This document shows positions 33,972-35,141 of a stretch of 35,141 nt of DNA, in pieces. The stretch is taken from positions 82,383,442-82,418,582 of the forward strand of contig NC_068983.1 in assembly GCF_001194135.2 (NCBI RefSeq), written 5' to 3'. Source of the stretch: Octopus bimaculoides. Taxonomy: Eukaryota. How positions within the stretch are numbered: position 1 is the stretch's first letter; each line of letters begins with the position of its first letter. The notes below the pieces were generated by a model. It was not told the origin of the DNA. It did no database searches and saw nothing but the letters and a program-made list of their open reading frames with translations. The position numbers and the translations under genes were made by a program.

Positions 33972-34945
33972 ATTTCTTTATTACCCATAAAGGGCCATAC
34001 AAAGAATTTTTCAGACATCACAAAGCATAAAGGCAGTACAAAACGCAAACATAAAATCGGAGTAATTAAAATAAATTGATAATATGCAAGAATGAAAAAA
34101 ATGAGGCGCAATGTCCACTCGATCCCCAAAGTCGGGTGGTTACATTTATCCAGTTTTTCACTTTTACGTTCAACGTCATGTAAACATTTTAACGGTTTTG
34201 TAACTCAAAAAATTCAAACACTCGCGTTACCTTTCTTCCATTAACCGTTGTTACTTCCGTCCTTATCAACTGCAAATAATCAGTTCTAGTGGGTGGTATC
34301 TCCACCAACCATACCCGTTTCGTTATTATATTTTCACCAAGTTCTTCTATGCGCCCCCAGCAGCTTTCCTCAGGTATCAAAATGCATTTCTCAGCACATT
34401 TCTCTGGCATTTTCACTCTTATTATTTCCTCCAACCTCTCGACCCTTCTCTCCATCTGCTCGCAATTCTCGTACTTTATCAAAACCCCCTTGTAGTTCAC
34501 ATCTTTATCCGTTCTATCCTCCTCTTCTTGTACATTATTAGCTTCTAATTTTTTAAAAATCTCTTTTTTGTTTTCCGTTAACCGTTCCTTTGACTTATTT
34601 TTCCTTCGCTTTTTAGGGTTAGTAGCTCCATTTTCGTTCTTTGTTTTCTCTGTTTCACACTTCTGTCTCTCTTTTATTTCCTCAGTGTGGTCTACAATGT
34701 TTTCCTCCTCTGCTTGTGCTTTCTCTTGCTGTGGCTGTGTGAACTCATATAGGGGTCATTTGATCTTCATATGACCTCTCTCCCCGCATATATAACAATT
34801 TAGTTTTCTTCCCTCGACTACGACATTTAACGTTTTCTCGTCCTCCACTTCTATCTGGTAGGGAATTCTTTCTATGTCCTCGAATGCTGGCACAACGCTG
34901 ATAGGACAGAGGTTCAAGCCCCCCACCCCTCAACCTGCATTGAAA
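33972..34945 (-). mobile_element. Non-LTR retroelement with gag-like ORF1 relic (CCHC zinc knuckle) followed directly by a short 3' UTR; no ORF2
   Basis: One frame from ~34930 to the stop at 34189: LNVVVEGRKLNCYICGERGHMKIK*P (C-X2-C-X4-H-X4-C with the last C as TGA, 34756-34797), then a K/E-rich region; 3' UTR ends ...GGGTAATAAAGAAAT at 33972. Confidence 0.7.
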
Positions 34946-34949
34946 GGTT

Positions 34950-35141
34950 TAAAAAAAAACGAAAAAATAGTGGCGATAAACACAAAAAATGAAAAAGTTG
35001 TGAAGTATATCAAAGCCCACCCAAGGGTAAGATATTTCAAGAGCGGCACAGAGGACGCTCAATACAGATATGCAAAGGTCTCAGAAGAAGACTTTGCAGA
35101 AAGTCTGTTTCAGGAACACGTTAGAAACAAACTAATAATTG
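34950..35141 (+). mobile_element. Open-frame fragment, probably N-terminal ORF1 of the same family in inverted orientation
   Basis: EKIVAINTKNEKVVKYIKAHPRVRYFKSGTEDAQYRYAKVSEEDFAESLFQEHVRNKLII is open to the window end; the family link is inferred. Confidence 0.45.

Noticed and set aside
1-35141. CRISPR array, operon or defence-system-like organisation
   Set aside because: The direct repeats found have only two units, and the sequence is eukaryotic and repeat-derived with no prokaryotic gene structure.

Overview
Eukaryotic, AT-rich, repeat-saturated DNA with about 3.3 kb of N-gaps. The SINE and microsatellite content looks like a coleoid cephalopod, probably Octopus; this is an inference from recalled repeat families, not a database result. 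I cannot support any host protein-coding gene. Most listed ORFs are microsatellite or N-gap artefacts, and most protein-like segments resolve into transposon relics. DNA transposons: two DD34D mariners, one DD37D/maT element and one Tc1-like element with both TIRs whose transposase is mostly hidden by a gap. Retrotransposons: several RTE-clade LINE fragments, an R4/Dong-like restriction-endonuclease LINE 3' end inside a (CATA)n array, and a zinc-knuckle ORF1 element that appears to lack ORF2. There are also many modular tRNA-derived SINEs. The most interesting signals are two minimal type-I hammerhead ribozyme motifs: one in the tail of a tRNA-headed SINE and one in a ~320-bp unit flanked by (TA)n. 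Also notable are the ORF1-only element sharing its 3' tail with a SINE, a MITE-like cassette with CCAAT/E-box/RFX X-box motifs, and several long fold-backs. No bacterial-type system, CRISPR array, rRNA or intact tRNA gene is present. Family letters A-D are my own labels. All homology statements come from motif recognition by eye, and element boundaries are approximate.
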